64,000 nucleotides of DNA. Source: a virus. Positions 26,686 through 36,526 of this stretch are shown piece after piece; position 1 is the stretch's first letter; every line of letters starts with the position of its first letter. Both the position numbers and the translations under genes were made by a program. The stretch lies in the IMG/VR virus record IMGVR_UViG_3300046706_000011, positions 1 through 64,000 of that record, one strand, 5' to 3'. The notes beneath the pieces were generated by a model. The model was not told the origin of the DNA, searched no databases, and was given only the letters and a program-made list of their open reading frames with translations.

Positions 26686-27060
26686 ATGAGGAAGGAACGG
26701 AAAGAGGAGCGCACGGTGTCGTTCTTCGCGGGCGACCTGGAGTGGCTTGACCGGCAGGCGGCTCGGCGGAAGGCCGGGCGGAGCGCCCTGCTCGCCGAGA
26801 TGATCGCGGCGGCGCGGGGCGAGGCGGTCGAGGACGACGCGCTGAAGATGGTGGTGGAGCGCCTTGGCCGGGTGGAGGCGATGGTGAAGTCCCTGGCCGG
26901 GATCGCGGTCGGGCTCGACCGCCACGCCCGGCGCACGCGGGCGATGGTGTCGCTGGACCAGCAGGTGGCGATCCTGGGCGAGGCGGCGCGGCCCAGGACG
27001 CTGGAACAATTGAAGCTGAGAACCGAGCAACTTGAGGAGGGATACATCCGTGAGATTTAG
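26686..27060 (+). CDS. CopG/RHH protein
   Basis: RTVSF...LDRQAARRKAGRSALLAEMI; occupies the traG-RHH-trbB slot. Confidence 0.7.
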   Translation: MRKERKEERTVSFFAGDLEWLDRQAARRKAGRSALLAEMIAAARGEAVEDDALKMVVERLGRVEAMVKSLAGIAVGLDRHARRTRAMVSLDQQVAILGEAARPRTLEQLKLRTEQLEEGYIREI

Positions 27061-28027
27061 CCAAACAGCCCGTGCGACGACGTTCAACCTGCTCCTCAAG
27101 CTTCTGGGGAGCGAGATCGTCGGCCACATGACGGACCCGCTGGTCGAGGACATCTTCCTGAACTCCAACGGGGCCGGGTTCGTCCGGTACGCCGGCAAGA
27201 AAACCAAGCTGGGAGTGAGCGTCGATGGCGAGGCGATGAGCCTGATCATCGGCTATGCCGGGACCCTGGTCGGGATGACGGCGGACGGGGTCGCCCGGTT
27301 CGCGGTGGACGGCAAGCTGCCGAGCGGGCAGCGGTTCCACGGGGTCGTCCCGCCCCGCGCGGCCCAGGGTCCGTACATCGTCATGCGAAACCCGCCGCGC
27401 ACGATCCACACGCTGGGCAGCTATGTCGATCAGGGGGTCATGACGGCGGCGGTGGCGGACCAGCTCCGGAGTGACGTGGACGATGCGAAGACCATCGTGA
27501 TCGGGGGCGTCACGGGGGCGGGCAAGACCTCCCTGATGACCTGCCTCGTCAACACGGGCGCGGCGCGGGAAGCGCGCATCGTGCTGCTGGAGGACGCCGA
27601 GGAAGTCAACGTGGACGCCGTCGAGGATCGCATCGTCAAGTCCACGCTGGGCGGGACCATGGACGAGCTGGCCTACGACGCGCTCCGGGAACGGCCCGAG
27701 CGTATCTACATCGGCGAGGTTCGCGACCGGGCCATGAAGACGTGGCTTGAGGTCGTCGGCACGGGGCATCCGGGCTCGATGGTCACGCTCCACGCGGGCA
27801 GCCCGAGGGGTGTGATGGCCAGGGCCGAGCAGCTCGTCTCCGAGGCCGTGGTGGACGTCGCGGGCCAGCGCCCGGTGCTGTGCGACACCATCGACCGGGT
27901 CGTGGTCGTGGCGCTGGGCCGGGACGGGAAGCGCCGCGTGCCGGGCGTCTACGCGCCGGCCGGGCATAAGGACGGCCGCTATGAAATTCGCACTGTCGCG
28001 GGGGACGAAGGTTGTGCTACAACTTAG
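27050..28027 (+). CDS. trbB: T4SS ATPase TrbB/VirB11
   Basis: GGVTGAGKTS, LEDAEE, ALRERPERIYIGEVR, TGHPG..TLHA. Confidence 0.95.
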   Translation: MRFSQTARATTFNLLLKLLGSEIVGHMTDPLVEDIFLNSNGAGFVRYAGKKTKLGVSVDGEAMSLIIGYAGTLVGMTADGVARFAVDGKLPSGQRFHGVVPPRAAQGPYIVMRNPPRTIHTLGSYVDQGVMTAAVADQLRSDVDDAKTIVIGGVTGAGKTSLMTCLVNTGAAREARIVLLEDAEEVNVDAVEDRIVKSTLGGTMDELAYDALRERPERIYIGEVRDRAMKTWLEVVGTGHPGSMVTLHAGSPRGVMARAEQLVSEAVVDVAGQRPVLCDTIDRVVVVALGRDGKRRVPGVYAPAGHKDGRYEIRTVAGDEGCATT

Positions 28028-28028
28028 C

Positions 28029-28045
28029 GGGCTACAATGTAGCCC
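28029..28045. promoter_or_regulatory. Perfect copy of the tra palindromic operator
   Basis: GGGCTACA-A-TGTAGCCC; variants at 22835, 31453, 35477 and 38434. Confidence 0.75.
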
Positions 28046-28079
28046 ATTCCACGCAACACCCTGGAACGAGGATTTCGAC

Positions 28080-28418
28080 ATGCGGAACCTATCCAAGCTC
28101 CGTCACCGCGAGGCCCTGGCCTGGACCTTCGCCCTGTGCCTGTTCGCGCTGTGGAGCGACCCGGCCTGGGCGCAGGTCGGCGGCGAGATACCCGGCGGGA
28201 CGTACCTGATCTCGATGATGGACACGATCGTGTCCTTCATCCGGATGAACCTGGGTCCGATCGTGGTCGTCCTCGTCGTGTTCGCGGGGGTGTTCGGGTG
28301 CGCCGCGGGCGACTGGAACCGCGGCATGGGCCGGGTCGTCATGGGCCTCGTCGCCGGGGCGTTCATCGCCGGCTCGACGCTGTGGTGGCCGTGGGTCAAG
28401 ACGTGGTTCACGGCATGA
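28080..28418 (+). CDS. trbC: Pilin TrbC/VirB2
   Basis: Signal peptide ending PAWA-Q, two hydrophobic helices, position after trbB. Confidence 0.8.
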   Translation: MRNLSKLRHREALAWTFALCLFALWSDPAWAQVGGEIPGGTYLISMMDTIVSFIRMNLGPIVVVLVVFAGVFGCAAGDWNRGMGRVVMGLVAGAFIAGSTLWWPWVKTWFTA

Positions 28419-28708
28419 TCCGGGACGGCAGCATCCAGATCCTGGGTGCCGGCACCCTGCCCTACGTCTGGGGCGGGGTGCGGTTCTCGGTGTGGACGTT
28501 CCTGGCGCTCTGGGTCGTGGGCGCCGGGGCGGTCCAGCTCTACCTGACGCCGTTCGGGATGCTGAGGGGGCTGTCCGGGATCTTCGTGGTCGGGTCCATG
28601 GTCTGGTTCCTGGGCTGGGTCATGACCCAGAGGAACCCCTTCTTCCCGGAGGTCTTCGCGACGTGGCTCTGGCGCACGGTGCGCCGGGCGCATTCACTGA
28701 AGAGCTGA
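28415..28708 (+). CDS. trbD: TrbD/VirB3
   Basis: Two TM segments, NPFFPEV motif, between pilin and VirB4. Confidence 0.75.
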   Translation: MIRDGSIQILGAGTLPYVWGGVRFSVWTFLALWVVGAGAVQLYLTPFGMLRGLSGIFVVGSMVWFLGWVMTQRNPFFPEVFATWLWRTVRRAHSLKS

Positions 28709-28721
28709 GAGGATCTGAGAG

Positions 28722-31241
28722 TTGGGCGTCATCGCAGCGATGAGGGACATGCTCGCCGGAGGCGACTGGTACTTCTGGGACGAGTTGCCGTGGTCGAGCG
28801 GGATCGAGACGGGGGACGGCCCGTGCCGGGTCGTCGAGTGCCGGAACCGGTCCTGGATGTCGTGCCTGAGGCTCGACCCGCCGGACCTGGAGTGCGGGAC
28901 GGAGGCGGACCGCCTGCGCCACGCGCTGCTCTTCCACGGCGCCCTGCGGGCCTTGGGCGGCGGGCACGTGGTCTGGATCGACGAGCACCACGACCCGGAG
29001 CGACCCTACCCGGCGGCGAAGCCGGCGAACCCGGCGGCGCGGCGGTTCGAGGAAGCGCGGGACCGGACCTACGGCGAGGTCGTCGGGCACTGGCGCTCGA
29101 CCCACTACCTGACGGTCCAGTGGCGCAAGCCGCCGCAGTGGATCGAGAAGCTGTCCCGGCTGGTCCTCGTGGCGCACCCCGGGGACCGTGCCCGGGACTA
29201 CGGGCCGGCCTTCCAGGCGTTCAACGACCGGGTCGCGGGACTGGAGGGGCAGCTCGCCTTCCTCGGCGCGAAGGTGCTGGAGGGGGACGGCCTCGCGGCC
29301 TACCTGCACGACACGGTCAGCCGGGTCCGGCAGCCGGTGAGGTTCGGCAACTGGCAGGACTGGATCTCGCCGCAACTGGTGGACATGCCGATCAACGCCA
29401 TGGAGCGGGACGACGGCGGGGCGCTGACCATCGGCGTCGGGGACGACAAGGAATACGTCGTCCCGGTCACGGTCCACAGCTACCCGGCGGGCGTCGATGC
29501 CGGGATACTCGACGGGACGGAGGACTTCGCCGGGGTGGCGTCACTGCCGATCACATACCGCCGCGTCACCCGGATCGCGATCCAGGCGAAGACCGAGGCG
29601 GTCAAGGACATGGCCGCGTTGCGCCGCAAGGCGGAGATGACCCGCCAGAACCTCCTGCGGACGACCCTCCAGCAGTTCTACCCGAACGCGCCCCAACGCC
29701 TGAACTACGAGGCCGACCACGCCGCGCAGGAGGTCGAGGAATGGCTCAAGGACCTTGCGCGGGGCAAGACGCTGCGGTGCCAGAACACGACGACCTTCCT
29801 CGTCTACCACCGGGACGCGGGGGTCGCGATGGAACAGGCGAGGATGATCCTGATGCACCTCCGGGAGACCGCGGGGCTCGTGGCCCAGGTCGGGCGGCTC
29901 GGCGCGCTGGAGAGCTTCCTGGGGACGGTGCCGGGCAACAGCGACCACGACTTCGTCCGGCCCTACACGAACACCTTGGCGAGCGGCGGTCTGGCGCCGC
30001 TGTCGAACACCTGGGGCGGGCGGCGGCACGACCCGGTGCTCAAGGGTCCGCCGCTCCTGGTCGGCACGACGAACGAGTCGATCCGGCACCACGTCGTCCT
30101 GTCGCCCGAGGGCGACGGCATGGCGAGCCACGCGGTCATCACCGGCCCGTCCGGGTCGGGCAAGACGGCCGCCATCAACGAAATGTGCTTCGGTTTCCTG
30201 AAGTACCGGGGCACGCGGGTATTCCGGATCGACAAGGGGCGGTCGGCCTACGTCTCGACCCTGTGCGCCGGGGGGACGATCATCGACCCGGTGCTGTCCG
30301 GCGAGGGTTTCCAGCCCCTGCGTTTCATCGCGGACTGGAAGGAGCGGGTCTGGGCGAAGGCATGGCTGACAGCCTACGTCCGGATGCGCGACCCGGCGCT
30401 GGCCAACGACCCGGCGGTGGACGCGGCGATCAAGGACACGCTGGAGTGCCTGGGCAAGGCGCTCGACCCGGACGACCTGGACATGTCGGCGTTCGTCAAC
30501 GCGCTGTCCCATCCGGGGTTGCAGGCGGCCCTTCGTCCCCTGACCCGCGACGGTTCGCTGGGCTACGTGTTCGACGCCATCGACCGCCGGTCCTACGACG
30601 CCGACTGGACCAGCGTCGAGCTGGACGAGCTGGTCGAGGACGAGGAGGTCGCCGGGCCGCTGATGGCGTACCTGTGGCACATGATCCGGCGGCTGTGCCA
30701 CCGGGACCGCCCGATGCTGATCCCCATCGACGAGGCGTGGATGGCGATGAAGGGACCGTTCAAGGACATGCTGAACAAGGGGATGAGGACGTTCCGGCGG
30801 GAGAACGCGCGGGTCGTGTTCGCGTCGCAGAGTGCGGTGGACATCGCGTCGAGCGAGCTGGCGGGGATCATCGTGAACTCGTGCTCGCTGAAGATGGTCT
30901 TCCCGGACAGCGCGATCGCCTCCCCCGAGGTCGCGGCGGCGTACATGGTCCTCCAGGTCCGCCCCCAGTGGATGGATCGGCTGAACTACCGGTTCCAGGG
31001 CGGGGAGCCCCGTTTCTGCCTCGTGATGCAGGACGGGGGCGCGCGGTTCATGCACTTCGACATGGAGGAGGAGACCGACCCGGAGGCGTTCTGGATGTGC
31101 TGCGCGACCAACAGCGGGGCGGTGGCCGACGCGCTGCGCGTCCGGGACATGGGAGGTTCGTTCCTGGACGACTGGCTCGGCGAGAAGGTGCACGGCAAAC
31201 GGGCGCGGCCTCCGGTCCCGGCCCTGGCGGCAGCCGAATGA
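28722..31241 (+). CDS. trbE: T4SS ATPase TrbE/VirB4
   Basis: DELPW, TVPGN, HAVITGPSGSGKT, IDKGRS, IDEAW, FRRENARVVFASQS. Confidence 0.95.
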   Translation: MGVIAAMRDMLAGGDWYFWDELPWSSGIETGDGPCRVVECRNRSWMSCLRLDPPDLECGTEADRLRHALLFHGALRALGGGHVVWIDEHHDPERPYPAAKPANPAARRFEEARDRTYGEVVGHWRSTHYLTVQWRKPPQWIEKLSRLVLVAHPGDRARDYGPAFQAFNDRVAGLEGQLAFLGAKVLEGDGLAAYLHDTVSRVRQPVRFGNWQDWISPQLVDMPINAMERDDGGALTIGVGDDKEYVVPVTVHSYPAGVDAGILDGTEDFAGVASLPITYRRVTRIAIQAKTEAVKDMAALRRKAEMTRQNLLRTTLQQFYPNAPQRLNYEADHAAQEVEEWLKDLARGKTLRCQNTTTFLVYHRDAGVAMEQARMILMHLRETAGLVAQVGRLGALESFLGTVPGNSDHDFVRPYTNTLASGGLAPLSNTWGGRRHDPVLKGPPLLVGTTNESIRHHVVLSPEGDGMASHAVITGPSGSGKTAAINEMCFGFLKYRGTRVFRIDKGRSAYVSTLCAGGTIIDPVLSGEGFQPLRFIADWKERVWAKAWLTAYVRMRDPALANDPAVDAAIKDTLECLGKALDPDDLDMSAFVNALSHPGLQAALRPLTRDGSLGYVFDAIDRRSYDADWTSVELDELVEDEEVAGPLMAYLWHMIRRLCHRDRPMLIPIDEAWMAMKGPFKDMLNKGMRTFRRENARVVFASQSAVDIASSELAGIIVNSCSLKMVFPDSAIASPEVAAAYMVLQVRPQWMDRLNYRFQGGEPRFCLVMQDGGARFMHFDMEEETDPEAFWMCCATNSGAVADALRVRDMGGSFLDDWLGEKVHGKRARPPVPALAAAE

Positions 31242-31528
31242 GGGGGTCGGAATACCTTGCGCTGCGCGTCGCGGCCTGCACCGCGGTGATGGCGCTGGGC
31301 GGCGGCTTCGTGTTCGCGGTGGCGCGCTGGGTCCTGCCGTGGCTGATGGGTCGGGTTTCGCAGGCGTATCCGGGACCGCTCGCGGCGTTCGCCGGGATCG
31401 TGTTCGGGATGGGGGTGATTGTCCTTGTGAGTCATGGACTTCGGGTGATAGTGGGCTATACTCTACTACGCATCGACCGGCTGGCGGACGGCGGGTCGCG
31501 GATCACCGACGAGGATGGGGGGGATTGA
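31238..31528 (+). CDS. Small two-TM protein
   Basis: ATGA coupling to trbE; hydrophobic. Confidence 0.6.
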   Translation: MRGSEYLALRVAACTAVMALGGGFVFAVARWVLPWLMGRVSQAYPGPLAAFAGIVFGMGVIVLVSHGLRVIVGYTLLRIDRLADGGSRITDEDGGD

Positions 31529-31529
31529 C

Positions 31530-31877
31530 ATGGATTGGCAGAAAATCAAGGCAACGGCTGGAGCCGTGACGGGGTCGGTTTGGCGGAATGGCCGCAATGT
31601 CCTGGCGTTTGCCGGCGCGGTATCCATCGGGGTCGATGCCTTGGTGCGTTCACAATTGGACGTGGCAACGGTCCCGTCGGTAACAATCGAACTAGGCAAA
31701 TTCCTGGAGCTGAAGTACCAGATCGTGGCGATCACCTTGATTCCGTTGTTGGCGTTGATTGCGTTGTTGGCGTTCATTTCCATTACGCGCGGGTTCTGGG
31801 ATGGGTTCATCGCCTTCACCGAGTCCACCGCATGGGACGCAACGAAGTGCGCGTTGGCGAAGCGGTTCCGCCGGTGA
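31530..31877 (+). CDS. Small membrane protein (lower GC)
   Basis: Long hydrophobic segment; coupled to the next gene by GTGA. Confidence 0.55.
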   Translation: MDWQKIKATAGAVTGSVWRNGRNVLAFAGAVSIGVDALVRSQLDVATVPSVTIELGKFLELKYQIVAITLIPLLALIALLAFISITRGFWDGFIAFTESTAWDATKCALAKRFRR

Positions 31878-33193
31878 CGACGGTTTCGCGCCTTGCCGCG
31901 GCGCTCATCGCGGGGACGGTCCTCGCCGGGAGCGGCCCCGCCCTGGCACAGTTCCGGGTCGGCGGGCTCGTCCCGGTCGGAGCCGAGGACGTGGCCGCCA
32001 TCGACGCGGCGCTGGACGAGATGCGGAGCGCCGGATGGACGGCGGAGGAAATGGACATCCGGCTTCGTCGGGAAGGCTACGTGCTGGACCGGGCGGTCCT
32101 GGACGGCGACGTGGCCGTGGCGGACGGCCGGGTCCGGGGCATGGTCGCCGAGGTGGCCGGCGCCGGGGACCCGGCGGGCGGGGACCCGGCGGGCGGGGAC
32201 GGCCGGGCGCCGAACCGGCAGCCGACCCCCTTCGAGCGCGGACTCGCGGGCGTCGCGGGCAACGTCGGGAACACCGACGAGGAAATCCTGCGGGCGATGC
32301 AGGGCGGGAACTCCCAGCTCTGGGCGCGGATGACCGGCATCCTGTCGGGACGCTCGGTCACGAACCGGGCCAACCAAGTGATCGACGGAGCGACCGGTGC
32401 CGCCACGCGCCCGATCCGGGAAGCCGGCGACGCCGCCGTGAACACCGTCATGCAGCCGATCGAGGACACCGTTGACACCGCCGCCCAGTCGGCCATGTGT
32501 TCCCTCGGCTCCGCCGCCCTGGGGGCTGCCGCCTCGCTCGTCAGCGCCGTGTTCAGCGGGGGCAAGGCCACGTACGGCGCCCAGGTCGCGCAATGGCTGA
32601 CGGGGATCAGCAGTCAAGTCTGCCTGGGCCAGCAGCTCGCGGTGCAGAAGCGCATGGTGGCGCTCCAGCAGCGCATGGTGGCGCCAATCGGACGTAACGT
32701 GGTCGGTCAGGCGGGCGGCGTCAGCGGCGTGGTGCTGGATTCCATCGGCCTCCTCGACGCGGAAGAGGTCGCCAGGGGCTACCAGGACGGCGCCAGCGCC
32801 GACCTCGCCCCCGGCGCCTCCCTGGCGATGCAGCGCCTCCTTCGCGCCCGGACGGATCAGGCGCGGCGTGCCGCGCTGGAGACGGCGGCGCTCAACGTCG
32901 CGGCGGAGCGGGCCTATTCGGATATGGCCGACCGGGCGCTCGACCTGAGCCAGTCGGCCCGGGGACAGACCTCGGCCGTCCAGGCGCTGGCCCAGTTGCA
33001 GCGGGCCAATGAGGGGGCGGCGGCGGCGCGGCATTCTTCCCAGATGGCCTTCAGCAACGCGGCCCTGGTAGCGGAAGAGGAGGACCGCGCGAGCGAGCGC
33101 CTTGCCGCCGCCCGCCGGGCGCGGTTCTATTCGGGCCTCGGCCCGTCCGGCAGCCAGGAAGCGGCGGCGCCGGGTTTCAACCTTTTCCAGTGA
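31874..33193 (+). CDS. TrbJ/VirB5-like secreted protein (divergent, extended)
   Basis: Signal peptide ..GPALA-Q; SQSARGQTSAVQA helix typical of the TrbJ C-terminus; position before trbL. Confidence 0.6.
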   Translation: MTTVSRLAAALIAGTVLAGSGPALAQFRVGGLVPVGAEDVAAIDAALDEMRSAGWTAEEMDIRLRREGYVLDRAVLDGDVAVADGRVRGMVAEVAGAGDPAGGDPAGGDGRAPNRQPTPFERGLAGVAGNVGNTDEEILRAMQGGNSQLWARMTGILSGRSVTNRANQVIDGATGAATRPIREAGDAAVNTVMQPIEDTVDTAAQSAMCSLGSAALGAAASLVSAVFSGGKATYGAQVAQWLTGISSQVCLGQQLAVQKRMVALQQRMVAPIGRNVVGQAGGVSGVVLDSIGLLDAEEVARGYQDGASADLAPGASLAMQRLLRARTDQARRAALETAALNVAAERAYSDMADRALDLSQSARGQTSAVQALAQLQRANEGAAAARHSSQMAFSNAALVAEEEDRASERLAAARRARFYSGLGPSGSQEAAAPGFNLFQ

Positions 33194-33202
33194 GGAGTCG
33201 TC

Positions 33203-33469
33203 ATGCGTGTTCGAACATGGGTCTTTGCGGCCGGTCTAGCCTTCTCTGGCATCTCGCCGGCCCTGGCCGGGGACCGGGATGTCCGGGAGCCGGCGCGGGA
33301 ACGCGCGGCGCAGGCGGACCGGGCGGCGGACGCGCTGCCGGACCGGGAAGCGCGGGACGACGCGGAGGACCGCCGCGTCCTGGCCAACCGGGCTCGGTTC
33401 TACCAGGGCCTCGGCCGGCTTCGGGGCGGCGGGCGGCGGATCGACCCGTTCCCCGCCCGGGGGAACTGA
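33203..33469 (+). CDS. Small secreted protein in the TrbK (entry-exclusion) position
   Basis: Signal peptide SPALA; shares RARFYxGLG with the TrbJ-like C-terminus. Confidence 0.55.
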   Translation: MRVRTWVFAAGLAFSGISPALAGDRDVREPARERAAQADRAADALPDREARDDAEDRRVLANRARFYQGLGRLRGGGRRIDPFPARGN

Positions 33470-33472
33470 CCC

Positions 33473-34744
33473 GTGGACGAGTTGCCGGGGTTCACGCTGA
33501 CCCCCGACCTCGGGTCCGGGGTCGGGAGCGCGGCGGCGGCCAGCCTCGACGCCATCGACCACGCCTACCTCATGGTCCAGGACCTGCTCAACGCCGGGTT
33601 CCCGTACCTGGAGGGCGTGGTCTGGGCCTTGTTCGGGATGGCGGCCGGCTGGGCGGTGCTGGTGGGCGTCATCGACGTGGCGTCGGGCGGGAGCAACCCG
33701 GTCGCCCTGGTCACCGGGGCCTTCCTGCGCCTGGGGATCTTCGTGTGGCTGGCGGGGGTGTGGAAGACCTTCATCGACGCGGTCGGCAACTTCGCGCTCG
33801 ACCTGGGCGTCCGGATCAGCGGATCGACGGTGCCGCGCGACCAACTGATGGTGCCGAGCCGCCTGTTCGCGCAGGGAAACGAGCAGGCCGCGAAGGTGAT
33901 GGCGGCGAAGGACGCGCTGTGCGACGCCTGGAAGAGCTGCCTCATGACGTTCGGCGACCAGCTCCTGCTGGAGATCATCGCCATCGCGATCTGGGTGATG
34001 TTCGGGGTCCTGGTCCTGGCCATGGTCATGGCCGCGCTGTGGCTGAAGAAGGCCGGGCTGTTCAGCTTCCTGTTCCTGCCGGCGAGCCAAGTGAAGGCGA
34101 CGGCGTTCCTGGCCGAGGGGTCCATCGCCGGGGTGTTCCAGGCGTTCATGTGGCTGGTCTTCATAACCTTGGTCGCGGGATGGGGGACCCAGGTCCTGGG
34201 GCTCCTGGCGCTGCCGGAGCACCCGGACGCGGCGAGCCTCGTCCCGGCGGTGCTGGTGGTGTCGTTCATGGCGGTGATGGCGTGGCAGTCCCGGAGCTAC
34301 GCCTCGGGGCTGGTCTCGGGGGTCCCTCGGATCGGCGGCGAGGCGGTGACGGCGGCGGCGCGCAACGCGCTGGGCTGGGCGACCGGAGGGACGGCCATCG
34401 CGTCGCGCATGGAGTCCGTCGCCCATCGCGAGCGAAACAGCGTCCTGGGCGCGGCGCGGGACGGCTTCTCGGCCGCCCGCAGCCTCCCGGGCCGGGCGAT
34501 GCAGGCGACGCGGGGCCGGGCGGCGGGGGCCGCTCCGGGTGGTGCACGGGCAGGAACGGCGGCGGCGCGGACCACGTCCCCCGGCGGTGGCGGAGGCAGC
34601 GCCTGGAACAACGGGCCGACGCCGAAGCAACAGCTTGCCGCCCGGCACCGGGGCGTTGACATCTCCGGGATGTCGCGGGGACAGGCGTCGCAGGCCCTGC
34701 ATCGTCAGGGGAACATGGACCAGAGCTGGTACGAGGGGAAGTAA
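33473..34744 (+). CDS. trbL: TrbL/VirB6
   Basis: Multiple TM segments, PSRL, TAFLAE motif, Gly/Ala-rich tail. Confidence 0.85.
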   Translation: MDELPGFTLTPDLGSGVGSAAAASLDAIDHAYLMVQDLLNAGFPYLEGVVWALFGMAAGWAVLVGVIDVASGGSNPVALVTGAFLRLGIFVWLAGVWKTFIDAVGNFALDLGVRISGSTVPRDQLMVPSRLFAQGNEQAAKVMAAKDALCDAWKSCLMTFGDQLLLEIIAIAIWVMFGVLVLAMVMAALWLKKAGLFSFLFLPASQVKATAFLAEGSIAGVFQAFMWLVFITLVAGWGTQVLGLLALPEHPDAASLVPAVLVVSFMAVMAWQSRSYASGLVSGVPRIGGEAVTAAARNALGWATGGTAIASRMESVAHRERNSVLGAARDGFSAARSLPGRAMQATRGRAAGAAPGGARAGTAAARTTSPGGGGGSAWNNGPTPKQQLAARHRGVDISGMSRGQASQALHRQGNMDQSWYEGK

Positions 34745-34746
34745 CC

Positions 34747-35457
34747 ATGGGCATGCCGAAGATCGTCACGCTGTTGACCAACCGCCTGCGCCTGGACCGC
34801 CCCCGGCGCGTCTTCTCGGTGCGCGCCGACGAAGTCCGCTCGACCCGCAGCGTCGGGCGGATGTGGATGGCGGCGGGCCTCGTGTTCGCCTACCTCTACG
34901 TGGACGAGCGCCATGCGCACCAGGAAACCCTGTCGCGGGCGCAACCCGTGCTGGTGTCGGTCCTGGGGCCGGACAGCCGCCCGGTGGCGACGTTCGCCGC
35001 GGACCACATGGCGGACGACGGATGGGTCTCGGTCGCCAAGGCGGTCGCGGCGCAGCACGTCGTCCGGATGCGCGAGATGACGAACCCGATCGACGTGTCG
35101 CTGGCCCGGCTGGACGAAGGGCGGTACTTCGTGAAAGACGCCGCCGCCGCGAAATACGCGCGCTTCGTCGGCTCGCACCCCTACGACGACCTGGCGAAGC
35201 GCCGCCTGAACCGCCAGGTCCGGCTGGAGGAGGTCGGGCCGTCGCTGGAGTCCAGCCAGTCCCCGTCGTCCCGGCGGCTGCGGGTCATCGTCCAGTGGCC
35301 GGAGCGGACCTGGAGCGGGACCAAGCTGGAGCAGCAGGCGACGCGCGTCGGCTGGGTGGACGTCGAGCGGGTGGACCGCGTGCCGCCGGATTACCGGAAG
35401 GCCAACCCGCTGGGGATCTTCGTGGTCGATTACGACACGGACACGCCCACGGGCTGA
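34747..35457 (+). CDS. trbF: TrbF/VirB8
   Basis: Single TM, VQWPE, C-terminal NPLGIFV. Confidence 0.85.
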   Translation: MGMPKIVTLLTNRLRLDRPRRVFSVRADEVRSTRSVGRMWMAAGLVFAYLYVDERHAHQETLSRAQPVLVSVLGPDSRPVATFAADHMADDGWVSVAKAVAAQHVVRMREMTNPIDVSLARLDEGRYFVKDAAAAKYARFVGSHPYDDLAKRRLNRQVRLEEVGPSLESSQSPSSRRLRVIVQWPERTWSGTKLEQQATRVGWVDVERVDRVPPDYRKANPLGIFVVDYDTDTPTG

Positions 35458-35515
35458 TTGCGCCGGCCCGCTGAGCGGGCTATAATGTACTACACTTTCA
35501 AAGGCGGGACGGAAC

Positions 35516-36526
35516 GTGAAGAAACCCCTGGTTCTGATGACGGCCGGGTTGCTCGGGGCCTGCGCGTCGGGCTCGACCGCGCCGCCGCCGCTGGTGACCT
35601 ACGTCCCGGCGATCCCGATCCCCCTGGCCCAGCCGGCGGCCCAGGCGGGCGCGGCGGGACCCCCGGCGACCCTGGTGAACCCCATCCCGACCCCGGAGCC
35701 GACCCGCTACAAGAGCCACGAGGCGGCGACGGCGGCGGCATCGCGCGCGGCGGTCGTCGATGCCCGCAGCGGGACGTTCGAGGGCGAGACCCTGAACTAC
35801 CTGTACCGGACGGGGCAGCGGTACAAGCTGGTGCTCGACGCGCCGAGCCACGAGGAATGGCAGGACGCCGGGGTGACCCAACTGTTCCTGGGACCGGGCG
35901 ACGGGTCCGAGCCGGGGGTCTTCTTCGACGATCCGACGTGGTTCACGCAGGAGAAGCTGGCGAGCGGGATCGACCAGACCTCGATGCGGGCCAAGCGGGA
36001 CCGGGCCCGGCAGGTCAGCGACGGCAAGTACCAGACCATCGTGACCCTCAAGTGCTGGAAGCCGGGCGCGGTGACGAACGCCTCGGTCACGACGCCGCAG
36101 CGCCCATACCTGCTCCGGCTCCACTGCGCGACGCGCAAGGGGACCGGGGGCTACAACGCCACGGTCCAGTTCACCAGCGTCGGGGAGCAGGGCGTGCCCC
36201 CGGCCGAGGCCTTCGCGTCGGCCGAGGCGCCTGTCCCGGCCGGGTCGGGCCCGGTCGTGAAGGACACGGGCTACGCCGTGAGCGGTCCCGCCGAGTTCCG
36301 GCCGAGGGAATGGGCGGCGTGGAACGACGGGGCGGACACCCACGTCCGCCCGCCGGACTCGATACGGACCCGTCCGGTCCCGATGCTGCCGCCCGCGTCG
36401 CAGTTCGGCGTGGACCCGCAGACCGGCGAGTATTTCATCCGGGGGCTGCCGGCCGAGATCCGGTTCCCGTGGGGGCCGGAGCAACAGGTCGTCGTGAGAA
36501 GGACCACCCAGGGAGAACCGCCGTGA
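35516..36526 (+). CDS. trbG: TrbG/VirB9-like lipoprotein
   Basis: LGAC lipobox, TNASVTTPQRPYLLRL, RPREWAAWNDG. Confidence 0.7.
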   Translation: MKKPLVLMTAGLLGACASGSTAPPPLVTYVPAIPIPLAQPAAQAGAAGPPATLVNPIPTPEPTRYKSHEAATAAASRAAVVDARSGTFEGETLNYLYRTGQRYKLVLDAPSHEEWQDAGVTQLFLGPGDGSEPGVFFDDPTWFTQEKLASGIDQTSMRAKRDRARQVSDGKYQTIVTLKCWKPGAVTNASVTTPQRPYLLRLHCATRKGTGGYNATVQFTSVGEQGVPPAEAFASAEAPVPAGSGPVVKDTGYAVSGPAEFRPREWAAWNDGADTHVRPPDSIRTRPVPMLPPASQFGVDPQTGEYFIRGLPAEIRFPWGPEQQVVVRRTTQGEPP

